A stretch of DNA of 57,232 nucleotides, the filler included, from Platydemus manokwari (lineage: Eukaryota): the NCBI GenBank assembly GCA_037951405.1. It is 4 parts of 4 records of this genome, joined end to end, with 100 filler letters (N's around TTAATTAATTAA, not from the genome) between each part and the next. Parts side by side here need not be neighbours in the genome. Positions count along the whole stretch, not along the records: positions 1 to 12,830 come from JBBMOY011950271.1; 3 more parts are not named here. One strand, given 5' to 3'. Of the stretch, positions 1-12,930 are shown piece by piece. The notes beneath the pieces were generated by a model. That model made no database searches. It had not been told where the DNA came from and saw only the letters and a program-made list of their open reading frames with translations. Both the position numbers and the translations under genes were made by a program. Numbering within the stretch: position 1 is the stretch's first letter; each line of letters opens with the position of its first letter.

Positions 1-14
1 ACTATGCAACTTCA

Positions 15-16
<2 letters not shown>

Positions 17-68
<52 letters not shown>
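17..68. repeat. Compound (TA)n(TG)n microsatellite
   Basis: Directly visible dinucleotide runs. Confidence 0.95.
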
Positions 69-1272
69 ATAATGGATCAACCTTTCTAACAAGGTTGAGT
101 CGAAATTCATGACCATACTCCTTTACAATCTTGTACCAACCATTACTGTTAGTATTATACAACGTATACAGCTACGGGACATTTCTTGTTCGTTCTCTGC
201 TATACAAGACATAATATAATATTCGAGTGCAATATCACTTAAAATTTACCAAATAAGCTCCAAACATAATTCTTTTCTTTTCTGTTTTGAAATTGCAAAA
301 CACAGTGCTTGGCCCTTCTATATATAAAATGCTAAAGTTTCATGACTTGAGTGTTCCTAGTGCATTAGTTATTTGTAACGTGCAGTTTTCCACAATGATA
401 GAGAAGTTACCATTGATTTTTAATAATTACTTTAATAAGACAAATAATTTCTAAAACTACACCGAATATTTTATTATTTAATAATCTATTTATATCAATC
501 TCAACGTTTATACTTTACTTTTGGTCCAGAAGATGTATTATTTTTATCCCATTACTTATTCGTAGGGTTACTCATATATGATTTGATCCTGCTTGCACAT
601 CATTAAGAATTGAATATTTCACATTTTCAATAACTAATGTATTCTATTAACTTAATATTTCACATTTGAGGTCTATTTTTTTATTTAATTCATATCTTAC
701 ATATATAATACAAAACATAATCCTAAAAAGGCATTAAATTTTAAAGTAATTAAACAAATAAAGGACGACATTGTTTGATGTATTGCATTAATATAATTGC
801 TAAAAAGATGTAATTATAAAAATGGAAATAATATGAATAATTAAATTATATATCTACATTTATGATAGACACGGTAATATGGAAGGTCGAGTGGTAAGTG
901 ACAAAGAAGTTCAATAAGGTGGTCGTGGTATAATAATAAATGGTAGATTAATATAAAGAACTATGTGACTGCTCTACTCGATTGTCAACGACTCAAACTC
1001 TAGAACGTTATTAGCTTCTAAACTTTTATTAAATTATAAATAGTACTGCATTAACGAATATAACGTCAATGTATATACGATACGAAATCAATAAGAAAAC
1101 ACTATTGAAGAGTAAAAATATAATAAATTCAATAATTTTTCTTTCTGAAAAATAGATATAAATGATCATCTAATTCAGAATCATCTAGTTTGGGTTGTAT
1201 ATTTGCAAATCATTAAAATTAGTTTTATAAACAATAACAAATTTAACGATTTATAAAGAACCCAAAACTTAC

Positions 1273-4200
1273 TGTGATTTTGTCACTCACTTTCTCTTTG
1301 AGTGACTTATTATTGAGAGTATCAGCCAATCTAATTTCATCTTCAGTCATCTGCCTTTCCTAAAATGGTGGAAATTTAGCACAGGTATTGTGAAATAAAA
1401 TGTTATACAAATATTACGTTTAAGACTCATAAAAATTACAGTAAATACAAAATATTCGTAAGGTAAAAATATAAAATAGTTGAATAAAAATACCCTCGTA
1501 TCTACCAAAGACGACTTTAACAGATCTTGGTATAATACATAATATTACTTCAGAGAGTTTATTTAGCCAATCCAATCGGTAAAGAGATGGTTGTCGTGTT
1601 TTGCGATCAATATGGGGGGGGTTAAAAATGTGATTGGAGAATTTGATTATTCTGACAACTTTATTACATATTTACAATTCTCAAGCACCAGTCGAAAAAA
1701 ACTTTTGAAAATAAGTATCTTCAAACAAAAACAAAATTGTTTACATTCAAATACAAATCTTGTTTTATGGAAAATAAACTCTATGAAATAATAAAATCTC
1801 ATTTTATAAATATATATCTGTACCCTCAGTAACGAGGTAGTTAAGTTAATGGAAAAAAGCGAGATTGGTTACGTTCTGAAACATGAGAGAAATTAAAAAA
1901 TATTCAATTCTATTAGGTTAAACAAACGGGAGTGTTTCCAATAATCTCCTGACCGTATTGAATGGAGGACAATTGGAATTAGTATTTTATAAATAGTCTA
2001 TTTTCATTTGCTAGTTTTTCGATTAACGACTATGCTGAGTATAAATATTATTTTAAATGCAAATCAAGAGGCATCCCAAGATCGGATACCTCTGTCCTAA
2101 ATAGTCATTAGAAATGATTGAAAAAATCAAATCATTTTACTGGTAAAGAGAAAAATAAATGCGGAACAATCCAAAAAATATGTTTTCAAATCTATGATAA
2201 ACTATGACAAATAATATATTAAGCCCTGGTCTCATCTGAAAAAAATAAACTCATAAACACTAAGATTGCGAATAATGTTTATTTGTAAAAATACTTCCTA
2301 TTTCAAAATATAAGAAAACATTGGCTTAGTCAATACTTTATTCTGTTATATTTATAGAGAATGTTTGAAGCGAACGTTCGAGCAAAATAGAAAATAGATC
2401 TTTATTTGAAAACGTCTTGTACAATAAATTACAAAACCTCATTTACAATATTTACAATTAATATATTAAGATTATTGTTGCCATCAAGTCTGTAACCCAC
2501 CTTTGGAATATCTAAAAATAATCAATAAAAAATGCCTTGTATATTATTACATTCGGAATAAAACAGTCAAATAATGTATAACAAATCATATTTGTCAACG
2601 ACAACTAATACCAATATCATCATCATATACCTACCTGGTAAGAACGTTTAGTAATAAACATGTTTTTAGAAATTATCATGCAACGTGAAACTATGACACA
2701 ACCATAGAGTTCACGATTTACACAAATATTACAACAACCTAACACATGTATGAAATGATTTTATGTTGCCACCATCGGCATTTTGTTTATGTAATGAAAA
2801 ATGAAAGTAAAGGCAACAACACGTTGACACAACATATTTGTATGTCGCGAGCTAACAGATTGATATTTTATAAATCGGTATTTGTCTTTCAAATTTCATT
2901 TGATTTTGAAATCGCCTCTGGTTTATCAATTCACCAAGTGCGATTGTTTTTTTAATTCTTCTTAATTATTTTACATTATTGTTATTGATTTGTTTTATCA
3001 TTAACGAGGAACCAATTTTAATTCATTATTTATCATTGCATTTAAACAAAAAGGGGACAGTTAATTGTAATTAAAATCAATCCAAACATCACAAATAACA
3101 GCTTACCGCATTCTGATTGGATTCACCGAATTTCGGCTGAATGATCAGTGATTCGTTGTGAGCAAAATCATCAAATTCGAAGTGATTGGTAACGTTGACC
3201 ATTTTAAACGGATCAATATTGCTCAAGAATGTCTGAGTAAATAGATAAACAAATACACCAACAATATATGTTTCTGAATTGTATTAATTAAAGAAAAGAT
3301 CCGCACACCTGTATAAGAGGAATTTCTTGGAAATTGTATGGAGTAGTTTGAAAACTGAGATAGTGCTCAATGAGTTCACTCATCTGTCTGAATTTCCAAA
3401 AGTTTATCAGTTTGAATTCCTGTAAGGTATTTGGATTGACCTTGTTGAAATAATTGGGATTCTTCAGATTCATATGAATCAGATGAGTCTTGTCTCCCAT
3501 GGCAATGTATGGCAGGCCTGGAGCACTGATAGCATGAATTTTCTTTTGATATTGAGAAATATATGAATCAGAACTTTCCTGATAATCATTACGGAGCTTA
3601 TCAAATAAGGATCGATAAGATTTGAATTGATAGGAAATCATCTGAGGTGAAATAAAGTGCTTTAATGACAAAAAAGAAAACGATGAAGAATTATATAAAT
3701 ATAATTATCAAAAGAAATGAGATTGTAACTAACATCAAATGTATCTTTAAGTCGATACACACTAGCACTGATCAGAGCACCTTTGCATTCTTGAGCACCT
3801 TGTAGGTTATTTAAATGTTCAAAGATTTGCATAAGATCTGCCACTCGTAAAATAGCAGTAATTCGATCTTGCATGTTTCGTCGTTGCATTATTTCGTAAA
3901 TTAACCAATATAAAATCTTCAAATCATGAAGTTCAAATTAATATATTTTTTTTAAAACTACACCAATCAATACTTTGTTGGAGAAATCAGTAGAAGCACG
4001 GAAATTAGGTCCGTCTTGATTTTCACGTCCATGTACTTCCCAAAATTCGATCTTGCTATACAGTTTCCACTCGTACAAAGTGATCTGTCGAGCAAGTTCC
4101 AAAGGATGAATCTAATAATAAAAAATCAATACGAATTAAATCGAATATTTGTTTATATTATCATTTTAGTCTAATTTTCGAACATAATATTATCATGAAA

Positions 4201-7200
4201 AATTTTCTTAATTAGGATGAGTATATTTCTTTCAATGAATGAAAAATAAAAAACTTAATTGATCAATACAAATGCTCTTGTTGATTAATTTTTTTTAAAT
4301 ATAATAAAATCAATAATATTATTCAAGAATAAAGCATTAAGATTGGATAGATTTTAATAGAAAAATACTATTAGTACAATTAGAATCAATAAATAAGTAG
4401 ATATTTAGAGACATGATGCCTAGATTGTATAAAAGAATCAAATTAGCAACAATTGGAAGCGGAACATAGATGGGCCAAATTATATTACTGTATCTATTAT
4501 CTGATTTGTTTTATTACAAACATATTTTACATATTGACTTAAAACCAGCACAAGGTAATCAGTTTCAAATTTAAAGTCTCTTACCATCTATTTTCATACC
4601 GTATACGTTCCAGGATCAATAATTGCTACATTACAAATAAATATATTTGTTTCTCACATACATTTAAAATATTTATATTTATCGAGTTCGTTCGATTTCA
4701 TTATTATTATCATTATTATTATTTTAAATAAATTTTAAAGCAAGTGCAATTTTAATTATTGAAAATACTTAACTGTATCACAATTCTAATTATTATATAG
4801 GGGCCGGCAAAAAAATTCGTTTTTATCAGTAAGAAAATATCTGAAAATCAAAGTTAAAATCATCTAGGTAGATCTTATGTAAATTTTATAATAAATCGAT
4901 TAGAGTTGGTTATATGATTTAGCTTAAAAGATGAAGGCAAACCAATGCGAGATAAATTTCTTCGTTGCAACTTTAACACGAAACAACTTTTCGGCTAACG
5001 AAATCCATCGCTTTCTTGTCGAAAGTTGGGGAACAGAGAACTTCATCAGCCTTCGGAGAGTACAGTAGATTATCAAAGAGTTTGCACAAGAAAATCGAAC
5101 ACTCCTTGAGCGAAAAGAAGGTTCAGGAAGACCAAGAACCAGCACAACAGAAGAGAATGTCATTATTGTGTGTAAAATGATTGAAGATTTCTACTTAAGA
5201 TGTCCAGCCATTTCAAGAGACACTGACATTAAAGAAATGAGTGTTCGCCGCATATTGAAAAAAGAACTTGGAAAGAAGTCACTTTGCAGTAGATGGGTTC
5301 CTCGGATTCTGACTAATAATAAGAAGAGAATCAGAGTCACTTGTTGTTCAGAAATGTTGAATGTTTATTCGGCAAGAAGGACTATGGAAAAGATCATTGT
5401 AACCGATGAAAACTGGATTTACCTTCAAGACTTACCTCCAAAAGAATGCAACTGTGTTTGGGTGGATGGCACAGGTGATCGCTTAACTATTGCTAGGCGG
5501 ACAATATCTAATCGAAAAGTTCCGATTATTGTTGCCAGCAAGTATACAAAATCACTCACATATATCGAAATTCTTCAAAACGGTGGATTTATCAATACTG
5601 AGAGATACCTACAATTCCTGCAGAATATGATTTTAAACTTTATTATCTTAAAGACTTAATGCTTGGTAAATCGTCATTCAGCATGACAATGTCAGACCTC
5701 ACATAGCACAGTTAATTCGATTTTGGCTTGAAGAACATGGCTTGTCTCTATTAAAAAAGCAAGCCTACTTACCTGACACAAACCTCATGGATCACTTTAT
5801 CTTCAAGAACTACGAGTGCTAAAGATATGGAAAAAACTTCAGTAATTCGGGAGAAATGAGCAACGATTTTCAACAATATTTGGAGTCCACATCACAGGCC
5901 AAGTTCACAAGAGAGTTTCAAATGTTTACATGTCACCTCCAGAGTGTCATTGAAGCTGATGGCTCTGTTATAGTTTGCTAACACTTTTAATATAATTGCA
6001 CATGCGATTTTTACAAATAAATGTGTTAAATTATATTTTTTTAGATTTTGATAAGATTTCATCAACGTAGAAAAACGAAATTGTTTTTGCCGACACCTAT
6101 ATATTTATGAGCTAACATAGAACGCAATTTCATTAAGTCAGTACTATTTCAGATATGCTTTTATTTGTTTAATCATAATAGCATTTGTCTATGATAAGTT
6201 TATATATATGATATTAAAATTTTCAAATGGAAATTTTGAAAAATATAAACAAAACAAGATCAATTAACATGCCTAAAACATTTATATTCAATCTTTCATG
6301 AATCTCAGATGATCTCTCGTTTGGATTCATTTTCTCAAGCAAATAAGACTGTTGCGTGAATCCCAATTATTTTATACCACCAATTCCTTTAACTGAAACA
6401 TTGAATATCGGTCAAGAAATTTGATATTGATTGAGCACCGAATTCTCATTTTTTCATTGTTAACTTGACTTTCTCACATATAACCGATAATATCAGATGA
6501 AGACGTTACAACAGAGTCCAAAATATGTTTAATCATATCAAATAAATCAGTTTCATACACATTGTTACGAAATTACCAAGCTAAAATTACAAATTATTCC
6601 AAAAAATCTAATATGTGTAAAATCGTTACAAAATAATTGATAAAAATATGTTGTTTTCTACAAATTTAGTTTGGCAGTTCAATACAATTTTCAAAAATGC
6701 AGTCTTGTAAGAGAAAAAAGCATTTTGAACTATTTATTATATATTAATAAGGATATTTACGAACTCAAATAGATATATATTAATAATTGCCATGGTGATA
6801 ACATGAAAAATTTCTCCTGGTAAAAATTCTATAGCGAATCAACTGATATAAACAAATGTTTGCAAGAAATATAATATGAAAGCATTTTTATTGGGAGAGG
6901 ATAACTTTCTCGAAGAAAAATTACAGAAAATTCTACGTGAAAACTTAAAATCAATAAGTGATATAATACAGAAAAAATGCTGTAGAACATAATTAAATAT
7001 AAAAACAATATTGGAAATCAATAAATTTAACTAACATTTATCACAGATACTTGGTTGGGTGTGATTTTGGAGAGATTTAATTTTATTATTGGAGGACGTG
7101 TTTCTAAATTCATCGAGGGCTGAGGTTGAGGCAAACTATCGTTAATCCTGCTCTCGATATTTTTCTTGACCGCTTTAATTTTCGTAGCAAGATGAGCACT

Positions 7201-10200
7201 GAGCATGTTTGTATCGAGAAATGTTTGCAAAGTTTTAAGAAGTTCTGGGTTGGAGGCAAAATTGATTTTGAAATACGATGGATTGTTGATCCATTTTGTA
7301 ACAAAATTAACAACTCGCAATTGAACTTTGCGACGATAAACGGTTCGAAATTTTTTCAACATGCGATCGGCCTGGGAATTTTGTCCATACGGTAATTCTT
7401 TCTTTTCTGCATCGGTGAAAACAGGATCTGGGATATTGAACCGTTCGATTAGAAGATCCAAAAGTTCATCTGGAGTTGTAAAATTACGGAATATTAATAG
7501 GAAACTATTAAGTGTCTTTCCATCACAATATGAATGTGAAGTCAAATGAGTAACCAGTTTTTCAAGTGTCGCTGCACGTATAATAGGTATATCGGCGCTG
7601 TTGTCATTACCACCGATTTCATACTCTATATTATAAGGAGTATCCGGTTCAGAGAACCTAAGAATTATAATATAAAACAAATAGTTTATTTTGTTAAAAT
7701 TAACCGATAAATTGTTGGATCGGGAAGCCTCAGTGGAATTTCTTCGGTAATTTTAAGAATCACATATTGCGAAAACAACCTTAAAAAGAAATGTATTTAT
7801 CCATCCGGGTAAATTAAAATTTTCAATATTTAAGAACACTTCAAGGGAAAAAATATTCATTTATGTTTAACGAATTAGTTCTATATCGCTATAAAAATGA
7901 ATATTTCAATAGCTGTCACCTTCTTGTTTGTATTTGAAGTAAAGAAGCCACCCAGTCAACTTTATCATCATTGACAGCTAAAAATATATTGATGCTGTTT
8001 GATTGTCTAGAATTTTCTAAACTAACTCCGAGAAGTGTGTTTTGACTCGTTACGGTGTCTTGATCGGTAATTGTCTGAAAATAATAATAATAATATCGAA
8101 GGATAGTCTGTTTAGGAACTAAAATGCAACCATAGATACGTCATATTGAAGTAGAATGATGCAATAATTAGTTGAAACATATCAATGACGGAATTAGTAA
8201 ATGTTGTATTCAAGATATTATTCAATTTCTGAAGATTCTAAACTACTATAAAACCGGTCTCTATCGATGCAATATGTGATGGGATGAATAAAGATTTACT
8301 CTACTAATCTTTACAATAGTAATACTTGATAAATTTATGTGATATTGATAAAAGTAAATATTCATTACAATAATAATAATGCTGTGGTGTTTTCTAAATT
8401 CACATTTAAATCAAAAACTTAAAAAGCATAAATATTGTTAAATATAATAAAAAATAATTAAATTAGTTTATATTAAAGTGAGTTTCTCGAGCTTACACGA
8501 TGGAAATGACATGTGATAAGAGAATTTTTCAAAACAGAACATCAATAAATAGAACTAAATCGTATTTTCCTATAATAAAGATTTTTCGAAGTCCAAAATC
8601 GTTTCATCTATTTAATATATATCAGAACTGAAAAATTGGAAATTTTTTAAAGATTTCTCTCTTAAAACTTAAAGTATTTGGATGTTTTTTGATTGAAATT
8701 TAAAATTGATTTTTGATTTAAATATAATTGATTGATAAACGTCATTTACAAACGAACTAACTAATATATACAACCTTAATCTAAAAGATCTTTAAACGTT
8801 AAAACAATTACAAGATTCGCTTTAGAAATTTTGATTTGTCAAATTTGTGACGTAGAAACAAATCCAAAATGAAATTTCCTCAATATGCATAACAGCACCA
8901 GCAGTACGTTAATAAAGATTAATTCAATGGTATCCATCGGTTAGCGAAAAAATTACTGGAGTTACAGAGCATTGGACAGGTTTAAAAGATATATAATATT
9001 GCAACAATTTCAAAGATATATAAATCAATAAAATGAAAATTCCGAAATTTCTAAAAATTCAGATTATGAAGTTGGTAAAAAAGCCTTCATGGTTAAAATC
9101 AAACTTTGCAGCTATGACAGAAGATATTTCCAATGAGAAACTATTGCTTTTTTATTCAATAGAATTTTCTTACACGATTTTATTAAAATTTTAACATTTA
9201 ATTGATAAATGAAGAATTCCAGATTCCATTAATTCTGAAAACATATTTCTAGAATTCATTCTCATGACAACAAATTTAGATGGAATATTGTTTAATTTAT
9301 AAAAATTAAACTGATTGATAATCAATATAAACACACAGTAAATCTCAACTAATAATCACAATCCAATTGAAGTTGTACGGCATATCATAAGTAAATCATC
9401 ACGTGAATTATTCCCCCTCATGGACGTTATAATTATAAAATTAGACAGAAACTACATTATTTCTATTTTATGTTTATCGAATTTGAAAATCTTTTCCGAT
9501 TCAAAAAGAGATTCGTTTGGAACTTCTTAAGCCAATGGAATTATATTTCAATTTTTCAAATTACACAGAGCTATAGATCATATAAATCAATTAATTATTA
9601 ATAATTAATTATAATTAAAATGAATCTATTTGTTACAAATCTCTAAAATGCCCATTGGTTAATTGTTCTGACTTCATGAACATCATTGTCGAGTATAACG
9701 ATTTAAAAGAGTAATATGCAGAGAAACCAAAAATTGAAACTAGACCACAGGCCTGCTTTGACAATAAATAATAAAATGATGGACAAAAATTCAATCCTCG
9801 TTAAAATTCGAGTATAATTAAGAATAATGAAAATAAAATTTTATTTCACTAAAACCAGTGAAAATACAATAAATACAATATTAAAAATTCACATTGCCAT
9901 GATGACCGGTTGTTTGTATTAATTAACCCTAAACATTATAATTTCTGGTACAAGATTTTAATCAATCCAAAATTATTTTATTTATCATATAAAATCTAAC
10001 GTGCATAGATGCCAAAGTTTGTGTAGATCCTGCCAGAGATTTATTATCACGAATACCAAATAATCTATTTTTTTCAGACCGACTTTGACCTGGACTACTG
10101 CCTGTCGAATTCGATTGTTTTCCTTCTTTTTCTAGATATTCAATACTAAACGAATATGGATACTCGCTTTCTCCTGTTTGATCGTCAGGATCATCATATA

Positions 10201-10371
10201 TATGGAACTGGTCTAAAGTAATTCGAAGTTTTAATTTTAATTCAAAAGCCTGAGTTCCTCCAATCGTAGTTTTGCGAACCACTTTTTTGCAGACGACTAG
10301 CATATTGGAAAAAAGATAAAGATATCTTTCGACAAATTTTTTGTTGTCTAGTTTTATGAAAACCGGACCTT
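1273..10371 (-). CDS. sos: Son of sevenless-like Ras guanine-nucleotide exchange factor (PH-REM-CDC25 part; 5' exons not in window, terminal exon uncertain)
   Basis: Phase-compatible GT-AG exons read by hand: 10371-10001 (PH start, ERYLYLFSNMLVVCKK), 8074-7920 (PH C-terminal helix, DKVDWVASLLQIQTR), 7779-7705 (PLRLPDPTIYR), 7657-7051 (REM: FSEPD..NIEYE, IIRAATLEKLVTHLT, FLLIFRNFTTPDELLDLLIERFNIPDP, VQLRVVNFVTKWI), 4111-3974 (IHPLELARQITLYE), 3916-3734 (NNLQG..ALISASVYRLKDTF), 3641-3309 (PGLPYI..NP, LINFWKFRQ, FQTTPYNF), 3232-3107 (FLSNIDPF..SLIIQP), 1359-1273. The PH-REM-CDC25 order and the RLP..YRF.EPD linker are characteristic of SOS. Confidence 0.9.
4796..6101 (+). mobile_element. Full-length (~1.3 kb) decayed mariner (DD34D) transposon inside the SOS intron 4112-7050
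   Basis: Imperfect ~30-bp TIRs: left TATAGGGGCCGGCAAAAAAATTCGTTTTT versus reverse complement of right end TATAGGTGTCGGCAAAAACAATTTCGTTTTT. Flanked by TA on both sides; size typical of mariner. Confidence 0.92.
4931..5981 (+). pseudogene. Mariner transposase pseudogene (stops and frameshift)
   Basis: ATG at 4931 with an in-frame TAG near 5066. Motifs: GSGRPR, WVPRIL (WVPHEL-like), IIVTDENWIY (first D), then after a frameshift QHDNVRPH and YLPDTNLMD, with 34 residues between the second and third D. Confidence 0.9.
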
Positions 10372-12149
10372 CTGAATCAAAAAAAATAAAATTATTGATA
10401 AATACATTTAAATGAATTTTCTCAACCAATAGTTTAATTCATTAAATGTATAAGGCCTATAAAATACTATTAAATACAAACTACTACTTTATTAATGGTA
10501 TTTATGGATGAATTTGATTATTATCTCACTTTATTCCGGAAACATAGTTATTTTATATTTTGACCCACAAGGGACATTGTCGCAATACCAGATCATATAC
10601 TAATTTATTATCATTTATTTTATATTAAATTATTTTATAAATTCTTCCTTTGCTTCATTTAAACAAAGTGCTGGATATATTCGTGGAATTTGCGAATTGT
10701 TTTCAACATACATGTTCACCTAAAGTTAATAACCGGGAGATAAATTGAGAAGACAAAGAGATTGCTTGTATAATTTAAGCAAGTGATATTCTTTAACAAT
10801 AAAAGCACTAAATGATTCCTCGAAGCTAGGTTTATATTGTCCAATTTTTCATGTCATGTCATATATTGCAAATATGGAATAATTATTTGACAATGATTTT
10901 TAGAAATGCGAGCTCAAATAAACAAATATGCTTAATATGAATTTCATTTCATTTGAGTTTTCATTTGAGTATCTGTAAGAATTTATTCGTTAAATCTATC
11001 GAAGAGTTATAAATGACCAAAATTTTAACGAAACAAACCAACTTCTAACATGAAGAATGACTCTGCAATTTGCGTTCAGCGCCGAATATTTTTGGAAAGC
11101 CAAAATAATTGATTTCCATTTCTTTTCCAATTTTATATTAATGAAGAATGATTGTTACATCACTTATTTGAAGCTGTTCACAATGTTAGCATCTGATATA
11201 TCAGATGTGAAATTTCATCTATCATGTCCTTTAGTTCGTTTATGTTTTGAATTAATGAACTAATTGATATTGTTTCATATCTTCCATAAAACTCTTTAAG
11301 CATACTTTTCGAAAAACCATTGATCATTTCTGATTATAACTGCATTTTCCATAATTGGGATATAAAATTTTCCTGGGCACGGATGTAGCCTCAGTTTTAA
11401 GTTTAATTCATAAAGCAGATACACACGAATAACATTATTCGGCATAGAGAATTTTGCAAAGCTGAAATATTATTATAAATTCATATTCACAACAAAGAAA
11501 TCAAATAATAGAATAAGTAAATATTAAATCGATTTTGCAATCAAGAAAGAAGAAATAACAATAGATTGTGATCATTGAGGTTTACTCGAATTTATGACCC
11601 TTAATAAACAATTATTACAAGACTACCATATCTTTAGAATTCTTCTCCAAATTATAACCGTATCTTAGATTGATCATCTGTTAAATTGATCAAGGTTCAA
11701 AGTTCCAATTACGGACAACACAACGGGATAATAGCTCTGGTCTCCTGTACAAATATCTTTACCATTTCTTCACGACAAAGATTTTTTAAAGATTTTTGAT
11801 TACGCAATAAAAATCTTAGAGGAAGGTTTAATATCACTTCAGTTTGTCTTTCAATGTCGAAGTAATCAAACATTTAATGAGTAAAAATATTTTACAATAT
11901 CGAATAAAGTATGTCGTAAATGGACAGCCACGTTTATATTTTATGATCAAATATTTCTCTGAATTTAATGTGTTGAGAATATGGATCTTGAATAGAAGAT
12001 TGGGTTGTTTAAGGATATTTCTTGGATTCATTTCTCTATTTAATTACGTCTGAAGACAACAGGTTATACTCACATTTATACTCATTGGTATTAAGTATTA
12101 TTCACTGATTAATGTGCTTTATTTCTTATTAATCAGTTGCATTATTCCA

Positions 12150-12540
12150 ATGTGTCAAAAGCAGCTGATAAAAGTTAAACTTTCGCTTGCGGATAGTGTT
12201 TATATTTAGCCATACAATAGTGTACCAGAGTAGTGCCAAAGCTTGCCAAGAATTTCAAAAACATTTCAATCGTGCATCACCAACTAAGACAACAGTGTAA
12301 TACTGGAAACAGGAGTTTGAAGAAACAAGAAGACCGTCTGGAAACGATGCAATCTCTGTTTGGATCAATATGGTGAACACATTTTGAACAGTTGCTATGA
12401 AATTGCTTATTATTTACCGTTATTTGTTCTTACTGTTGTTGTGTTTTGTTATGCATTAAAGTAACTCAATACATTTAGTTTGCTCTTACTGTTGTTTTAT
12501 TTTAGTTTTAGAGACGAAGACTTATCAATCGCACGGTGTA
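12150..12540 (+). mobile_element. Internally deleted Tc1/mariner-superfamily remnant
   Basis: HTH-like segment ACQEFQKHFNRASPTKTTV*YWKQEFEET closely followed by a transposase C-terminus-like CLDQYGEH(F)EQLL*. Right end ...GCACGGTGTA|TA resembles a TACA(C/G)NGTG TIR. Left TIR not found. Confidence 0.5.
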
Positions 12541-12741
12541 TATATAACTTATAACCTTCGCGATACTTCAATCGAGGTGATTGAATATTAATTAGTTCAT
12601 ATCTTTAAGCTATTTAAAATACTTTATTACAGTTATTCTTTGGATAATAAATATTTTTATACTATTTGGAAGTGTAAGCAATTACCATCTGAAACTAATA
12701 CTAAACTTGGGATAAAATTCAGGATTGTTAATAGAATAGAA

Positions 12742-12830
12742 CCGGGTTCTCCAAACTTTTTCAGCAAAGGGCCACATTGCTGATTTTTTAAAATTTGGAG
12801 AGCCAAAACTATGATAGGTTTACAAAAAAC
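12742..12830 (+). mobile_element. hAT (Charlie/Buster-like) element terminus, truncated by gap
   Basis: CCGGGTTCTCCAAACTTTTT...AAGGGCCACAT resembles the CAGGGGTTCTCAAACT..GGGCC termini. Preceded by the 8-mer GAATAGAA with central TA (Buster-type target site). Confidence 0.55.
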
Positions 12831-12930
12831 NNNNNNNNNNNNNNNNNNNNNNNNNNNNNNNNNNNNNNNNNNNNTTAATTAATTAANNNNNNNNNNNNNN
12901 NNNNNNNNNNNNNNNNNNNNNNNNNNNNNN
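12831..12930. other. Assembly join: 44 N + TTAATTAATTAA + 44 N
   Basis: Identical 100-bp cassette at three gaps; the 12-mer has stops in all six frames. Confidence 0.95.

Noticed and set aside
12875-12886. TTAATTAATTAA palindrome as a biological motif (also 21710 and 39331)
   Set aside because: Centred in identical N cassettes; an assembly linker.
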